Source: an uncultured Acidobacteriota bacterium
GTDB lineage: Bacteria; Acidobacteriota; Vicinamibacteria; Marinacidobacterales; SMYC01
Direction: 5' to 3'
DNA: 64,000 nucleotides
NCBI GenBank assembly: GCA_963815675.1
Contig: CAWFHP010000007.1
Coordinates: 37,302 to 101,301 of the forward strand
Shown one piece after another: positions 9,686 through 20,742 of this stretch (position 1 is the stretch's first letter; the number at the start of each line of letters is the position of its first letter). The notes beneath the pieces are model-generated. The model was given only the letters and a program-made list of their open reading frames with translations. It had not been told where the DNA came from and did no database searches. The position numbers were made by a program, and so were the translations under genes.

Positions 9686-11956
9686 TTAGACCTTCCCACC
9701 GAGCCCCATCCGGTCGAGGAGCCGGGAGAATCGGTCGTCTCCACGAAGAGGCTCGAACTCGGGGGAGGCGGTCACGAGGACGAGAGAGCCGTCCCTCTCC
9801 TCGGCGGCTCGATTCAACCATTCGAACACCGCGTCGGTATCTCCCGTCCCGAGACAGGCCACGGCAATCCAGAGCGAGGAGGCCTGCCCCTGCCGGGAAC
9901 GCTCCATGACCTCGTCGAGGAGCTTTCGCGCTTGCGCCGCGTTGCCCGCGAGCCCGTGTCCGTACGCGAGGATCCCCACGTGGTTGACCGAGCGCCCCCC
10001 GAGACGGGCCGACTCCTCCCAGGCGGCGATGGCGTCCGCGTAGCTTCCCTGCTGGGCGCGCACGTCGCCGATACCGTAGTGCGCGAAGGCGAAATAAGGG
10101 TCGATCGCGAGAACGGATTGAAACTGAACGAGCGCTCGCTCGAAATCGCGCAGAAAGTAATGCACGTATCCCATCTGCGTTTTGATCCTGAGGTCGAGGG
10201 GATCGAGGGCCTCCGCCCGGCGGAGCTCGTCGAGCGCCTCATCGTAGCTTCGCTCCAGAAGCGCCAGGCGCCAGGCGTTCCAGAGTCTCGTGTCGGCAGA
10301 GCTGGGATTGAGCTCCAGGGCGCGGCCGAAGCACCGTTCGGCGGCGACGCGGTCCCAGTCGTGATTCATGGCGATCAGGCCGAGCACCCGGTGGACTTCG
10401 GGAAGGTCCGGTGCGAGCTCGAGCGCTCTTCTTCCCGCCGCGCGCGCCTTCGGAATCGTCTCTTCCGCCCGCCTGGTCCCGATTCCCGAGTAGAACCAGA
10501 CGTGACATTCGGCGAGCGCGGCATAGGCCAGCGCGTATTCGGAGTCTTTCTCGATCGCGTCTTCGAAGCAGGCGATGGCGCGCTCGACCCAGTCCTCCGT
10601 CCAATGGTTCATGGCATAGAGCCCGTGGAGGTAGGCGTCGTAGGCCTCCATGTTCGATGCACGGCGCGCGTCGCTTCTCTCCTTCGAGAAGCCGAGCTCG
10701 GATTGGAGCTCGGCGACGACCGTCTCCGCGATCTCGTCCTGAATGGCGAACACGTCGTCGAGCTCCCGGTCGAATCGCTTCGACCAGAGCTGATAGCCGT
10801 CGGTGGTGTCGCTCAAAAGGACGGTGACCCGGATTTTCGTGCCCGCTTTGCGAACGCTCCCCTCGAGCACGGTCTCGACGTTCAGGCGCTCTCCGATCTC
10901 TCGGGCGTCGAGTCCCGCCGTATCGAGCGAGAACGAGGAGGTCCGTGCGAGGACGCGCAAGCTTCGGTCGCTCGCGAGAACGTTGATGAGCTCCTCGGCG
11001 AGTCCGTGGCAGAAGTACTCCTGATCCTTGTCGGGGCTCAGATCCCGGAAGGGCAGAACGGCGATCGACGAGTGCTTGGGGCGGGGTGGAGCCGAGGAGA
11101 GAGCGGGCGAAGTCGCACCCGCTCCCACCCGGACCCAATCGGCGAGCAGCTCTCGCGTGGATTGATATCGACGCGCAGGATTCTTCTCCAGAGCCTTCTC
11201 GAGAATCCGCACCAGATCCGGGGGGAGAGCCGGGTTGAGCGAGAGGGCAGGCGCCGGCGGTTTGTTCAAGAGCGCGTCGAAGAAGGCGGCGAGCGTGTCT
11301 CCGCGGAAGGGGTTCTTTCCCGTCGCCATCTCGTACACGAGAACGCCGAGGGCGAACAGATCCGCTCGGGCGTCCACGTTCCGGCCGAGCGCCTGCTCGG
11401 GCGCCATGTAGCCGGCCGTGCCGAGCGTCATTCCCGGGCTGGTCTCCCTCGCCATCGTCACGGCATCCGCGTCCGCCCCCGGCGGAAGCAGAAGCTTGGC
11501 GAGCCCGAAGTCGAGGAGCTTCACCCGGCCGTCGTCCGTCACCATCACGTTGTCCGGCTTGAGGTCCCGATGGAGGACCCGGGCGTCGTGGGCGGCCCCG
11601 AGTCCCTCGACGACCTGACGGACGATGGCGACGAGCGGTTCGATTCCAAGCGGCCCCCGTTCGAGGAGCTCCCGGAGGCTCGAGCCCTCGACCCGCTCCA
11701 TGACGAGAAAGACGAGACCCTCCTGCTCTTCCACCGAATGGATGGTGACGATGTTGGGATGGTTCAGCGAGGCGAGAGCTTTCGCTTCGCGCTCGAAACG
11801 CTTTCTACGCTCGGGCTCGGCCGCCGTCTCCGGGGGAAGGAACTTGAGCGCGACCTTTCGTCCGAGCCGTTCGTCTTCCGCGACATAGACTTCACCCATG
11901 CCCCCGGCGCCGAGACGTTCGAGAACGAGGTAGTGACCGAGCTTCTTTCCTATCAC
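9686..11956 (-). CDS. Ser/Thr protein kinase with TolB-N-like and TPR domains
   Basis: GAGGMGEVY, VALK, HRDLKPDN, DFGLAK, YMAPEQ; SIAVLPF.DLS..DQEYF; TPRs. Start GTG 11956 overlaps the upstream stop. Confidence 0.93.
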   Translation of the reverse strand: MIGKKLGHYLVLERLGAGGMGEVYVAEDERLGRKVALKFLPPETAAEPERRKRFEREAKALASLNHPNIVTIHSVEEQEGLVFLVMERVEGSSLRELLERGPLGIEPLVAIVRQVVEGLGAAHDARVLHRDLKPDNVMVTDDGRVKLLDFGLAKLLLPPGADADAVTMARETSPGMTLGTAGYMAPEQALGRNVDARADLFALGVLVYEMATGKNPFRGDTLAAFFDALLNKPPAPALSLNPALPPDLVRILEKALEKNPARRYQSTRELLADWVRVGAGATSPALSSAPPRPKHSSIAVLPFRDLSPDKDQEYFCHGLAEELINVLASDRSLRVLARTSSFSLDTAGLDAREIGERLNVETVLEGSVRKAGTKIRVTVLLSDTTDGYQLWSKRFDRELDDVFAIQDEIAETVVAELQSELGFSKERSDARRASNMEAYDAYLHGLYAMNHWTEDWVERAIACFEDAIEKDSEYALAYAALAECHVWFYSGIGTRRAEETIPKARAAGRRALELAPDLPEVHRVLGLIAMNHDWDRVAAERCFGRALELNPSSADTRLWNAWRLALLERSYDEALDELRRAEALDPLDLRIKTQMGYVHYFLRDFERALVQFQSVLAIDPYFAFAHYGIGDVRAQQGSYADAIAAWEESARLGGRSVNHVGILAYGHGLAGNAAQARKLLDEVMERSRQGQASSLWIAVACLGTGDTDAVFEWLNRAAEERDGSLVLVTASPEFEPLRGDDRFSRLLDRMGLGGKV

Positions 11957-14239
11957 GGTGGTGGAGGAAAGAGCGACTTTCCGCACTTGCAGCGCGAGGA
12001 CTCCGGAGTCCCCTTGTACCAGACGCGGGTGTGGCATTCGGGGCAGGTCCAGCTGCATTCGAGCTCCGCGATGCGGGCGAGCGCGGCCTCGACTTCGCTC
12101 TCTCCGGACTTCCCCCGACTGGCATGGGCCTCGACGTTGAGCGTAGCCTGAACGTCCGCTTCGAGGTTCTTCAGCAAGGGCTCGATCGACGCGAGCATGG
12201 GCTTCGCGTGCTCCCTGATCGCGCGGCGAACCCCCTTGAAGAGCTCACCGAGCTCGCGCCGGTCGTTCGCCGTTCCCCGCCGAAACGGAAGGTCGGCCTG
12301 GAGCCGCTCGCGAATCTCCTGAAGCAGCTCCTCCAAGGCCCGCCTCGCCTTCGTCGCGGCGCCGTTGACGTCCGCCTGCGCGAGTCGGTCCTGCGCTTCT
12401 CCGAGGATACCGACCGAATCGTACTTCGTCGTTCTCGGTCCCCCGTCGTAGCTCCAGGAGGTAATCTCGAGGCGCTTCCACGACGGCGCGCGACGGGACA
12501 GATGCTCGAAGAACTGATGGTCGTGGGTGAGCACGATGAGCTGCCAGTCGTCGAACTTCTCGGCGAGCAACGAGGCGAGCTGTCCGCGATGCTCTACGTC
12601 GAAGCTGTTGATCACGTCGTCGAGCACGAGGAAGCGAAGCTTCTCGTTGAAGGTCTGCGCCATCGCGAGAAACAAGGCGATGGCGAGAGAGTTCAAGTGC
12701 GACTCGCTGAGCACCCCATGAGGAGGCCTCTGCCTCGAGCCGTGAAAGTCGACGGCGAGCTCGATCCCCTTGGCCGTCCAGGGCTCGACGGTGATCCCGC
12801 GCAGGTCCTCTCCCGGATGGAGTGCCTGGTAAATCTCCGCCACGCGCAGACTGATGCTCTCCAGGATTCCCTCGAGCTGCTCCTTCTGGCGCTTCTGATA
12901 GGCGTCGTAGACACGCTCCGCGAGCGCGAGAGCCCGCTTGGCGCGCTCCTGCTCCGCCGCCGCCGAGCGCCAGACCTGGATCTGACCCGCGAGCCCCGCG
13001 AGCATCGCGAGCTGGGCGCCACGCTTGTCATTCGGGCTGGATGCGTCGTTGGAAGCGCTCGCGACCGCGGCGCGTGCGCTCTCGTCCCAGCGCGCCACCG
13101 AGCCGCAAAGCTCCTCGACGACGGCGGAATCCAGGACGGCGCCCCGTTCCAATGCCGTCGAGAACGCCTCGGGAACCGAAGGAGGCTCGGGAAGCTCGAC
13201 ACCGTTCGCACGCGCCTGAGCGAAGAGGGCACGGCAATCCTGCACGGCCCCATTCAATCGATCGCGGAAGCCCCGCAGCGCCCCGGCCGCTTCCTCCGCT
13301 TCCCGCGAGCGATCCAGCAAGCCGGTGAGGGTGGAGCGAACGTTCGCCGCGAGCTCCGCGCCGTCCACGTCCTGTCCGCATAGGGGGCAATGCTCCACGG
13401 GCGCCTTCGACGCAGAAAGGAGCGCATCGCCGTCCTTCAAGAGCGTCAGCCAGTCGACGTCTCGGTGCTTCCCCGATTCCACGACGGCGTTCCACGCGCG
13501 GAGTGCCTCGGCATCGAGCTCCGGCGCTCGAAGAGATTCTACGAGCGCGTCGAAGCTCGGAGCGGTCCTCTGCGGTGCTTCCCCGGCGACGGTCGCGATC
13601 CAGAATCGGGCTCGCCACTCTCTCGAGCGAAGAGGGCACGTCTACCGAGAGACTCCGGCAGAACGCCTGCACGTTCGCGAGGACTCCCTCTTCGCTCACC
13701 GGACTTCCGTCGGGCGAGAGCGCGCTCTCGCTGGCCTTCACCTTCTCCCCCGCCGATTTCGCCTGCTTCTTGAGGTCGGTTCGGATCCGTTGCAAGTCCC
13801 CGCGGAGCTCTTCGACGGCGTCGAGCCCGAGGATCTCGGCGAGCGCCTTCCATTTCTCCGTCTTCGACTTGTTGATGAAGTCGGCGAGAGTCCGTCCACG
13901 AAGGAGGAACGTCTCTCGTGCACCGACATCGAACGCCTCCGGCAAACGCTCGTCGGGAAAGGCCACCTTTCCGCCCAGGACGCCGGAGGTCGTCAGCTCG
14001 ACCGAAGTATCTCCCTCCGAAGCCCCTCCGAGATTGCGCACGGCATGCTGGCGTCCCTCGTGCGAAAGAAGCTCAATCTCGCCGGTAAAGAACCACTCCA
14101 GAGCGTCGGCAATGGTGCTCTTTCCGGTGCCGTTGTCGCCGTAGACAGCGATGCTCTTTCCCTCGCCGAAGTCGATGGTGAGCTCACCGGGAACACCCCG
14201 GAACGACCGCATGGTCAACCGCTGGAGCCGTTCGCTCAC
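11953..14239 (-). CDS. Rad50/SMC-like ABC ATPase with zinc hook and possible HEPN-like C-terminus (RloC-like); frameshifted at ~13600-13500
   Basis: FRG motif, Walker A GDNGTGKS, coiled coils, CPLCGQ, signature LSESH, Walker B LVLDDV.NSFD, H-loop LTHD, terminal CPEC...CKCG. Confidence 0.85.
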
Positions 14240-14394
14240 GGCGCCGACTCCTCGATGAGGCGCTGGATTCGCTCGGCCCGTTCCTCGGGCGGCAGGTCGA
14301 CGAGACCCTCGAGTCGCTCGGCGAATCCCGCGGGAAGATCGTCGAGGCTATCGAGAACGGAATGAAGAAACTCACGGAGGTTGGGACGCTGCAC
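14236..14394 (-). CDS. Small hypothetical protein, 52 aa (MQRPNLREFLHSVLDSLDDLPAGFAERLEGLVDLPPEERAERIQRLIEESAP); not in the ORF track
   Basis: Manual translation; GAGGAG RBS just upstream of GTG; TGA overlaps the ATPase start (GTGA). Confidence 0.75.
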   Translation of the reverse strand: MQRPNLREFLHSVLDSLDDLPAGFAERLEGLVDLPPEERAERIQRLIEESAP

Positions 14395-14510
14395 CGCTTC
14401 TCCTCGATTTACCGGTAGGAAATTCTAACCGAGCCGGGACCGGAGTACGAGCGCGAAGCGAGGAGAGGCATTCGGATTCCGGGAGCTCGGGCGACGTCCT
14501 TCCTTTTTGC

Positions 14511-14516
14511 TAGAAT
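14511..14516 (+). promoter_or_regulatory. Extended -10 box (TGnTAGAAT) 6 nt before the GTG start; probably a leaderless transcript
   Basis: tttttgcTAGAATcacccc-GTG, no Shine-Dalgarno. Confidence 0.6.
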
Positions 14517-14522
14517 CACCCC

Positions 14523-17500
14523 GTGCTCAGCCAGGCGCGCCCTCGTCTTCGCTCCGAGGAAGCGGAGAGTCTCGTCCGGAACACTTTCGGCATCGACGCG
14601 ACCTTCGTCTCCGAGCTTCCGAGCGAAAGGGATCAGAACTTCCTGCTGCGGGAGGCGTCGGGACGTGAGCTCATCCTGAAGATCGCGAGCGCCGCCGAGG
14701 CGCGGTCCATCCTCGATTTTCAGAACCAGGCACTCGAGCGAGTCGCTCGCCGCAATCCAAGCCTTCCCGTGCCCAGGCTCCGGAACACCCCCGCGGGCGC
14801 CACCATCGCGGACGTCATCGACGGGAATGGCGGAGCCCACTTCTGCCGCCTCTTCGACTACCTTCCCGGACGGCCGCTCGCCTCCGTTCGCCCCCATCGA
14901 GACGAGCTCTTGCGGAACGTCGGAAGATTCATGGGTCGGCTCGACGTCGCTCTCGCCGACCTTTCGCACGAAGCCGAGTCGCGCCCGCTCAAATGGAGAG
15001 TCGAGAACGCGCGGGAGATTCTGAACGACGGGATCGCGCTCACGGAGGGTCCCGACGAGCCCGACAAGAAAGACCTGCTCCGTTTCTTCCTTGCGCTCTT
15101 CGAGACGGAGGTCGAGCCCCGTCTCCGCGCGCTTCCCCGTGGAGCGATTCACAACGACGCCAACGACTACAACCTGCTGGTCGACGACAAGGGCGACGTT
15201 TCGGGAATCCTCGACTTCGGAGACATGGTCGAAGGTCCGCTGGTCGCCGAGGCCGCGAACGCGGCCGCTTACTGCATGCTCGACGAGCGGGATCCGCTAC
15301 GCGCCGCGAGACTCGTCGTCTCCGGCTACCACGAGAAGAGACCTCTCGGCGAGGACGAGCTCTCGGTCCTCTTCCCTCTCATCGCGACTCGCCTCGCGAT
15401 GAGCGTCTCCATCTCCGCGCGGCAATTCCGGGACGAGCCCGACAAAGAGTATCTGCGGGTCAGCGAAGCGGGCGCGTGGCGGCTCCTCTCCTGGATTCGC
15501 CAGCAGCCCGAGCGTCTCGGCCGTTACGCGCTCCGGGACGCCTGCGGATTTCCTCCCCACCCCCGCGCGTCCGCCGTCGCGGCGTTTCTCGAAGAGCATT
15601 CTCGCTCGGCCTCACCCGTTCTCCCCTGGCCGCTCGCGAACGAGAAGCTCCATATCTTCGACCTCGGCATAGATTCGACCGAGCTCGGCGGCCTCGACGT
15701 CCTGGAGACCGCCGAACGTTTCACCCGGCACCTGTTCGAGCGCATGAGGCGCGACGGCGCCCGGGTCGGCGTGGGTCGCTACGACGAGCCCCGTCCCATC
15801 TACACTTCCGAGGCCTTCAAGCCCCGCCCCGGAGATCCGGCGGAGCCGCGAACGGTGCACCTCGGGATCGATCTGTTCGTCGAGGCGGGAACCGAGATCC
15901 GCGCTCCGCTCGAGGGAAAGGTCCACAGCTTCGCGTTCAACGATGCGCCTCTCGACTACGGACCGACGATCCTGCTCGAGCACGCGGCCGCGGGAGGAGA
16001 CCGATTCTTCACCCTCTACGGTCACCTCTCTCTCGATTCTCTCGAGGGACTCGAGCAGGGAAAGCCGGTGAAGGCCGGCGAGCTCATCGCACACGTCGGA
16101 AACTATCCGGTGAACGGAAACTGGCCCCCCCACCTCCATTTCCAGATTGTCCTCGACCTCCTTGGAAAGCAAGGCGACTATCCGGGGGTGGCGGCACCGT
16201 CCGAGCGCACGAATCTGGCTCGGTCTCTCACCCGACCCGTCGCAGCTTCTCGGGCTTCCACCCCGTGCGCGAGCGCCGCGCCCGGAGAAAGAACGCATCC
16301 GCGCCGGGCGCCGGGAGCATCTCTCGGGGGCACTGAGCGTTGCGTATGAAGAGCCCGTCCATATCGTGCGCGGCTCCGGCTCGTTCCTCTACGACGCCGA
16401 AGGGCGGGCCTATCTCGACATGGTGAACAACGTCTGCCACGTCGGACATTGCCACCCGCGGGTCGCGCGCGCGCTCTCGGAGCAGGCGGCGGTCCTCAAT
16501 ACCAACACCCGGTACCTCCACCGGAACATCGTGGCGTACGCCGAGCGGCTCGCGGCACTCCTTCCCTCCCACCTGGAAGTCGTGTTCTTCGTGAACTCGG
16601 GAAGCGAGGCCAACGATTCTCGCGCTCCGGCTCGCGCGCACCCACACGAGACGGAAAGACACGCTCGTCTTCGACGGCGCCTATCACGGGAACCTGACCT
16701 CTCTCATCGAAGTGAGTCCCTACAAGTTCGACGGACCGGGCGGCCAGGGGGCTGCACCTCACGTGCACAAGCTCGACATGCCCGACCCCTATCGAGGCGC
16801 GCATCGAGGCTCCGGCCCCGATGCAGGAAAGAGCTACCTCGAAGACGCGAAGCGGATCCTCGACGGGCTCGCCGCCGAGGGGCGGCCCGCCGGAGCCGTC
16901 ATCGCCGAGGCGATCTTGAGCTGCGGGGGACAGATCGTTCTTCCCCCCGGGTATCTCGCGTCGCTTTTCCGCGCCGTGCGCGAAGCGGGTGGAGTCGCGA
17001 TCGCAGACGAGGTGCAGGTTGGATTCGGCCGGGTCGGCTCTCACTTCTGGGGGTTCGAGAGCGAGGGCGCCTCGCCCGACATCGTCACGATGGGAAAGCC
17101 CATCGGAAACGGCCATCCTCTCGCAGCGGTAGCCACGACCCGCGAGATCGCCCGCTCGTTCCAGACGGGGATGGAGTACTTCAACACTTTCGGGGGAAAC
17201 CCCGTGTCCTGCGCCGTAGGTCTCGCCGTTCTCGATGTCATCGAGAGCGAGGGGCTCCAGGAGAACGCCCGCATCCAGGGCGATTACCTCCTCGAGGATC
17301 TCGGGAGTCTCATGAACGACCATCCGATCCTCGGCGACGTCCGCGGGCGAGGACTCTTTCTCGGGTTCGAGATGGTGACCGATCGGACGAGCCTCGCCCC
17401 CGCGGCCGACGAAGCCTCCTGTCTCGCGAACCGAATGAAGGAAGAAGGAATCCTCGTCTCGACCGACGGCCCGCTTCACAACGTCATCAAGCTCAAACCC

Positions 17501-17584
17501 CCTCTCGTCCTCTCTCGCGGGAGCGCCGACCGCTTCCTCGAGACGCTCGGGAGGGTGCTCGGCGAGGATCGTTTCCGCCGATGA
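14523..17584 (+). CDS. Fusion of APH-like (hydroxylysine kinase-type) phosphotransferase, M23-like domain and class III PLP aminotransferase; frameshifts ~16210 and ~16620
   Basis: [26 protein letters not shown]; HLGIDLF, YGHLS, HLHFQ; [37 protein letters not shown]. Confidence 0.9.
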
Positions 17585-18249
17585 CGGAGTCGCTTCTTCC
17601 CGCGGTCGAGATCGGCCCCGAAGGCGATCCCGACGCGTCGGTCATCTGGCTCCACGGTCTCGGCGCCGACGGCCACGACTTCGAGCCCATCGTTCCGGAG
17701 CTCCGCCTTCCCCGGGAGGCGCGGGTGCGATTCGTCTTCCCTCACGCACCGATGCGCCCCGTCACCATCAACGGCGGAACGGTTATGCGCGCGTGGTACG
17801 ACATCAAGACGCTCGAGCTCGAGCGCCACGTCGACGAGGAGGACCTCGAGGTCTCGCGGCGTCAGCTGGAAGCATGGGTGCGTCACGAAATGGAAGCCGG
17901 GATTCCCTCGAGCCGGATCGTGATCGCCGGATTCTCCCAGGGGGGCGCCATCGCACTTTACTCCGGCCTCCAGTTCCAGGAACGGCTCGGGGGCATCCTC
18001 GCGCTCTCCTGTTACCACCCTCTGCCCGACCTCGTTCGCGAGCGCGCCGCCGAGGCCAACCGGAGCATCCCCATCTTCATGGGACACGGCACCTTCGATC
18101 CCGTCGTTCCGATGCGCCTCGCGGAAAGCACCGTCGAAGTTCTTCGGGAGAGCGGATACGAGCCCGAGTGGCACACCTATCCGATGCCCCACAGCGTCTG
18201 CGCGGAAGAAGTCCTCGACATCGGGCGCTTCCTCGCCGCCCGGCTCTGA
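17581..18249 (+). CDS. Phospholipase/carboxylesterase (alpha/beta hydrolase)
   Basis: [43 protein letters not shown]; ATG at 17581. Confidence 0.93.
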   Translation: MTESLLPAVEIGPEGDPDASVIWLHGLGADGHDFEPIVPELRLPREARVRFVFPHAPMRPVTINGGTVMRAWYDIKTLELERHVDEEDLEVSRRQLEAWVRHEMEAGIPSSRIVIAGFSQGGAIALYSGLQFQERLGGILALSCYHPLPDLVRERAAEANRSIPIFMGHGTFDPVVPMRLAESTVEVLRESGYEPEWHTYPMPHSVCAEEVLDIGRFLAARL

Positions 18250-20678
18250 TGCGTCGAGCCTGTCGCCATCTGCTTCAAGACCTCAGGTTCACACTGACCG
18301 CCCTCGCGACGCTCGCCCTTTGTATCGGTGCGAATCTCACCCTCTTCGCCATCGTCGACGGAGTGCTCCTTCGCCCCTTGCCGTTTCCCGACGCCGGCCG
18401 GTTGGTCACCATTTTCAACACCTACCCCAAGGCGCACGTGCTCCGCGACGAGAGCTCGCTCACCAACTACTACGAGCGCCGCGGGCAGATTCCCGCGTTC
18501 GCGGCGATCGCCATCTACCGCAGCGGCACCGCTGTGGTGGGCGAGACCGGCGCGACGGCGCTCGAGCAGGCGACGTGGATCTCGCCGGACTTCTTCGACA
18601 CGCTCGGCGTCGCTCCCGTCATCGGAGGCGGCTTCACGGAACGAGAGACGGCACCGGGTGCGGACGGCGTGGTCGTGCTCACCGACGGCTTCTGGCGCCG
18701 GTCGTTTCACGGCGACCCCAACGTCATCGGACATGCCGTTCGTGTGGACGGACGACGCCGGACGATCCTGGGTGTGCTGCCGCCCGGGTTTCGGTTTCTC
18801 TCCTCCGAGGCGCGCCTGTATCTCCCGCTCTCGTCCAGGCCTGACGACCGCGTGCCCGAGCGTCGCCATTGGGGAAGCGCGGCGAGGATGATCGCCCGGC
18901 TCGCACCCGGTGTGTCGGTGGAAGAGGCACAAGCCCAGCTGGACGCGCACAACGGGCGAATGACGGCGGAAGCGCCTTCTTCCGACGCGGCACAGATGGC
19001 GGACGCGGGCTTCCGCTCTCTTGTCGTGCCGCTTCACGCCGATCATGTCGCTTCCGTTCGCCCGGTACTGCTGCTGACTCAATCGGGCGTGCTCCTCTTG
19101 TTCCTCATCGGCGCCGTGAACCTCGTGAACCTCCTCCTCGTCCGCGTCAGCGCACGGAGCAAAGAGCTCGCGATCCGGCAGGCACTGGGCGCGGGCCGAC
19201 GCCACGTGATCGGAGAGGTCCTTGCCGAGACGACTCTGCTCGCCCTCGCAGGCAGTGCTCTCGGGCTCGCTCTCGGTGCGGCGGGGATTCGCCTCGTTGC
19301 CGTCCTCGCCGGGGAGCAGTTGCCGCTCGGCACACGCGTCGTCTTCGATGGGTCGGTCGCGCTCGTCGCATTCGCCGGTGCGCTCGTCGTCGGAATCGGG
19401 ATCGGTGTCCCCGCGGCCTGGTACGCTCTGCGCCACCAGCCGGCGGCAACGCTCGGCTCGAGCTCTCGCGGCGCGACGGCGAGTCGCTCGGTCGAGCGCA
19501 TCCGCCAGGGCTTCATCATCGTCGAGGTCACGCTGGCCTTTGTCCTGTTGAGCGCCGCGGGTCTGTTCGGCGTCAGTCTTCGGCGCGCGATGGCCGTGTC
19601 TCCCGGCTTTCGACCCGAGACCGTCCTGAGCGGGAGAATCATGCTGCCGTCGAGCGCCTACGGGAGTGCCGAGGCGCGCCTCGCTTTCATCGAGCGTCTC
19701 TCCCAGGCGCTCGACCGAGAGCCCGGTGTCCTGACCGCCGGTGTCGTCAGCAACCTGCCGTTCAGCGGCGACAGCACGAAGAGCGCGGCGACCGTCATGG
19801 ACGAGGTGCCGGTGGCCGGGGATCTCCCGCGGGGGATCTACTCCTACGGCGTCGCCGGCGACTACTTCGCCGCCATGGGCGTTTCGATTCGAGAAGGTCG
19901 GTTCCTCACCGCGGAGGATTCGCGCCGCGAAACGCGGGTGTGCGTCGTCGATGAGGACTTCGCCGCTTATCATTGGCCGGGGGGAAACCCGGTCGGGCAG
20001 AGGCTCTTTCAGGGCGGCCAGGTTGCCGACGAAAGCGAGGCGTTCACCGTCGTCGGAGTCGTGGCCCCGGTGAAGCAGGCAGCGTTGACGGATTCGACGG
20101 CGCAGGGCGCGGTGTACTTTCCCTATCGATACTTCGCGCAGAATCCCGTCTTCGTCGTGGCGAAAACGGCGCTGGCGCCGGAGTCGCTCGCTTCCGTTCT
20201 CCAGGACGACGCTCGCGCGATCGACCCGGATCTTCCCGTCTATGACATTCAATCCATGGAGAGCCGCGTCGACGGGAGCTTGCTCGTGCGTCGTTCTCCC
20301 GCGCTGCTCTTGAGCCTCTTCGCCAGCCTCGCGCTCGTGCTCACGGCCGTCGGCACCTATGGGGTGGTGAGCTATGCCGTGGCGGAGCGGCGTCGGGAGA
20401 TCGGTGTGCGCCTGGCGCTGGGCGCCCGTCCGGCACAGGTACGCAATCAATTTCTGGCGCTCGGACTCCGGCTGCTCGCACTGGGCACGGCTGCCGGGGT
20501 GTCCGGCGCCTGGCTCGTGGGTCACGCCCTGCAATCGATGCTCTTTCAGGTGCCTCCGCTCTACCTCCCCACGCTCGTCTCGACCGCCGGTATCCTGTTC
20601 GCCGTGACGCTCGTCGCCTGTATCGCCCCGTCGCGTCGCGCCGCCCGCACCTCGATGTTGGAAGTGTTGAGCGAATAG
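18249..20678 (+). CDS. ADOP-family (acidobacterial duplicated orphan) ABC permease
   Basis: TLALCIGAN..F..V..VLLRPLP, R..E.AIR.ALGA, GVVSY.V..R.REIGVRLALGA; duplicated MacB/FtsX architecture. Confidence 0.92.
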   Translation: MRRACRHLLQDLRFTLTALATLALCIGANLTLFAIVDGVLLRPLPFPDAGRLVTIFNTYPKAHVLRDESSLTNYYERRGQIPAFAAIAIYRSGTAVVGETGATALEQATWISPDFFDTLGVAPVIGGGFTERETAPGADGVVVLTDGFWRRSFHGDPNVIGHAVRVDGRRRTILGVLPPGFRFLSSEARLYLPLSSRPDDRVPERRHWGSAARMIARLAPGVSVEEAQAQLDAHNGRMTAEAPSSDAAQMADAGFRSLVVPLHADHVASVRPVLLLTQSGVLLLFLIGAVNLVNLLLVRVSARSKELAIRQALGAGRRHVIGEVLAETTLLALAGSALGLALGAAGIRLVAVLAGEQLPLGTRVVFDGSVALVAFAGALVVGIGIGVPAAWYALRHQPAATLGSSSRGATASRSVERIRQGFIIVEVTLAFVLLSAAGLFGVSLRRAMAVSPGFRPETVLSGRIMLPSSAYGSAEARLAFIERLSQALDREPGVLTAGVVSNLPFSGDSTKSAATVMDEVPVAGDLPRGIYSYGVAGDYFAAMGVSIREGRFLTAEDSRRETRVCVVDEDFAAYHWPGGNPVGQRLFQGGQVADESEAFTVVGVVAPVKQAALTDSTAQGAVYFPYRYFAQNPVFVVAKTALAPESLASVLQDDARAIDPDLPVYDIQSMESRVDGSLLVRRSPALLLSLFASLALVLTAVGTYGVVSYAVAERRREIGVRLALGARPAQVRNQFLALGLRLLALGTAAGVSGAWLVGHALQSMLFQVPPLYLPTLVSTAGILFAVTLVACIAPSRRAARTSMLEVLSE

Positions 20679-20742
20679 GCCGGGCTCGCCGCAGAATGAA
20701 TACGTTTGTCCGGCGCTCCGAAAGCGACTAGCATTCCCACCC

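Noticed and set aside
9932-12151. Long antisense ORFs (also 170-1372, 1542-3131, 18177-20768, 30117-31406)
   Set aside because: Shadows of real genes on the opposite strand, expected in high-GC DNA; no recognisable motifs
17793-18248. N-terminal extension of the 961-aa ORF and the 700-aa ORF 16147-18249 as gene fusions
   Set aside because: Read-through of alternative frames; the real starts are 17581 (esterase) and 18249 (ADOP)
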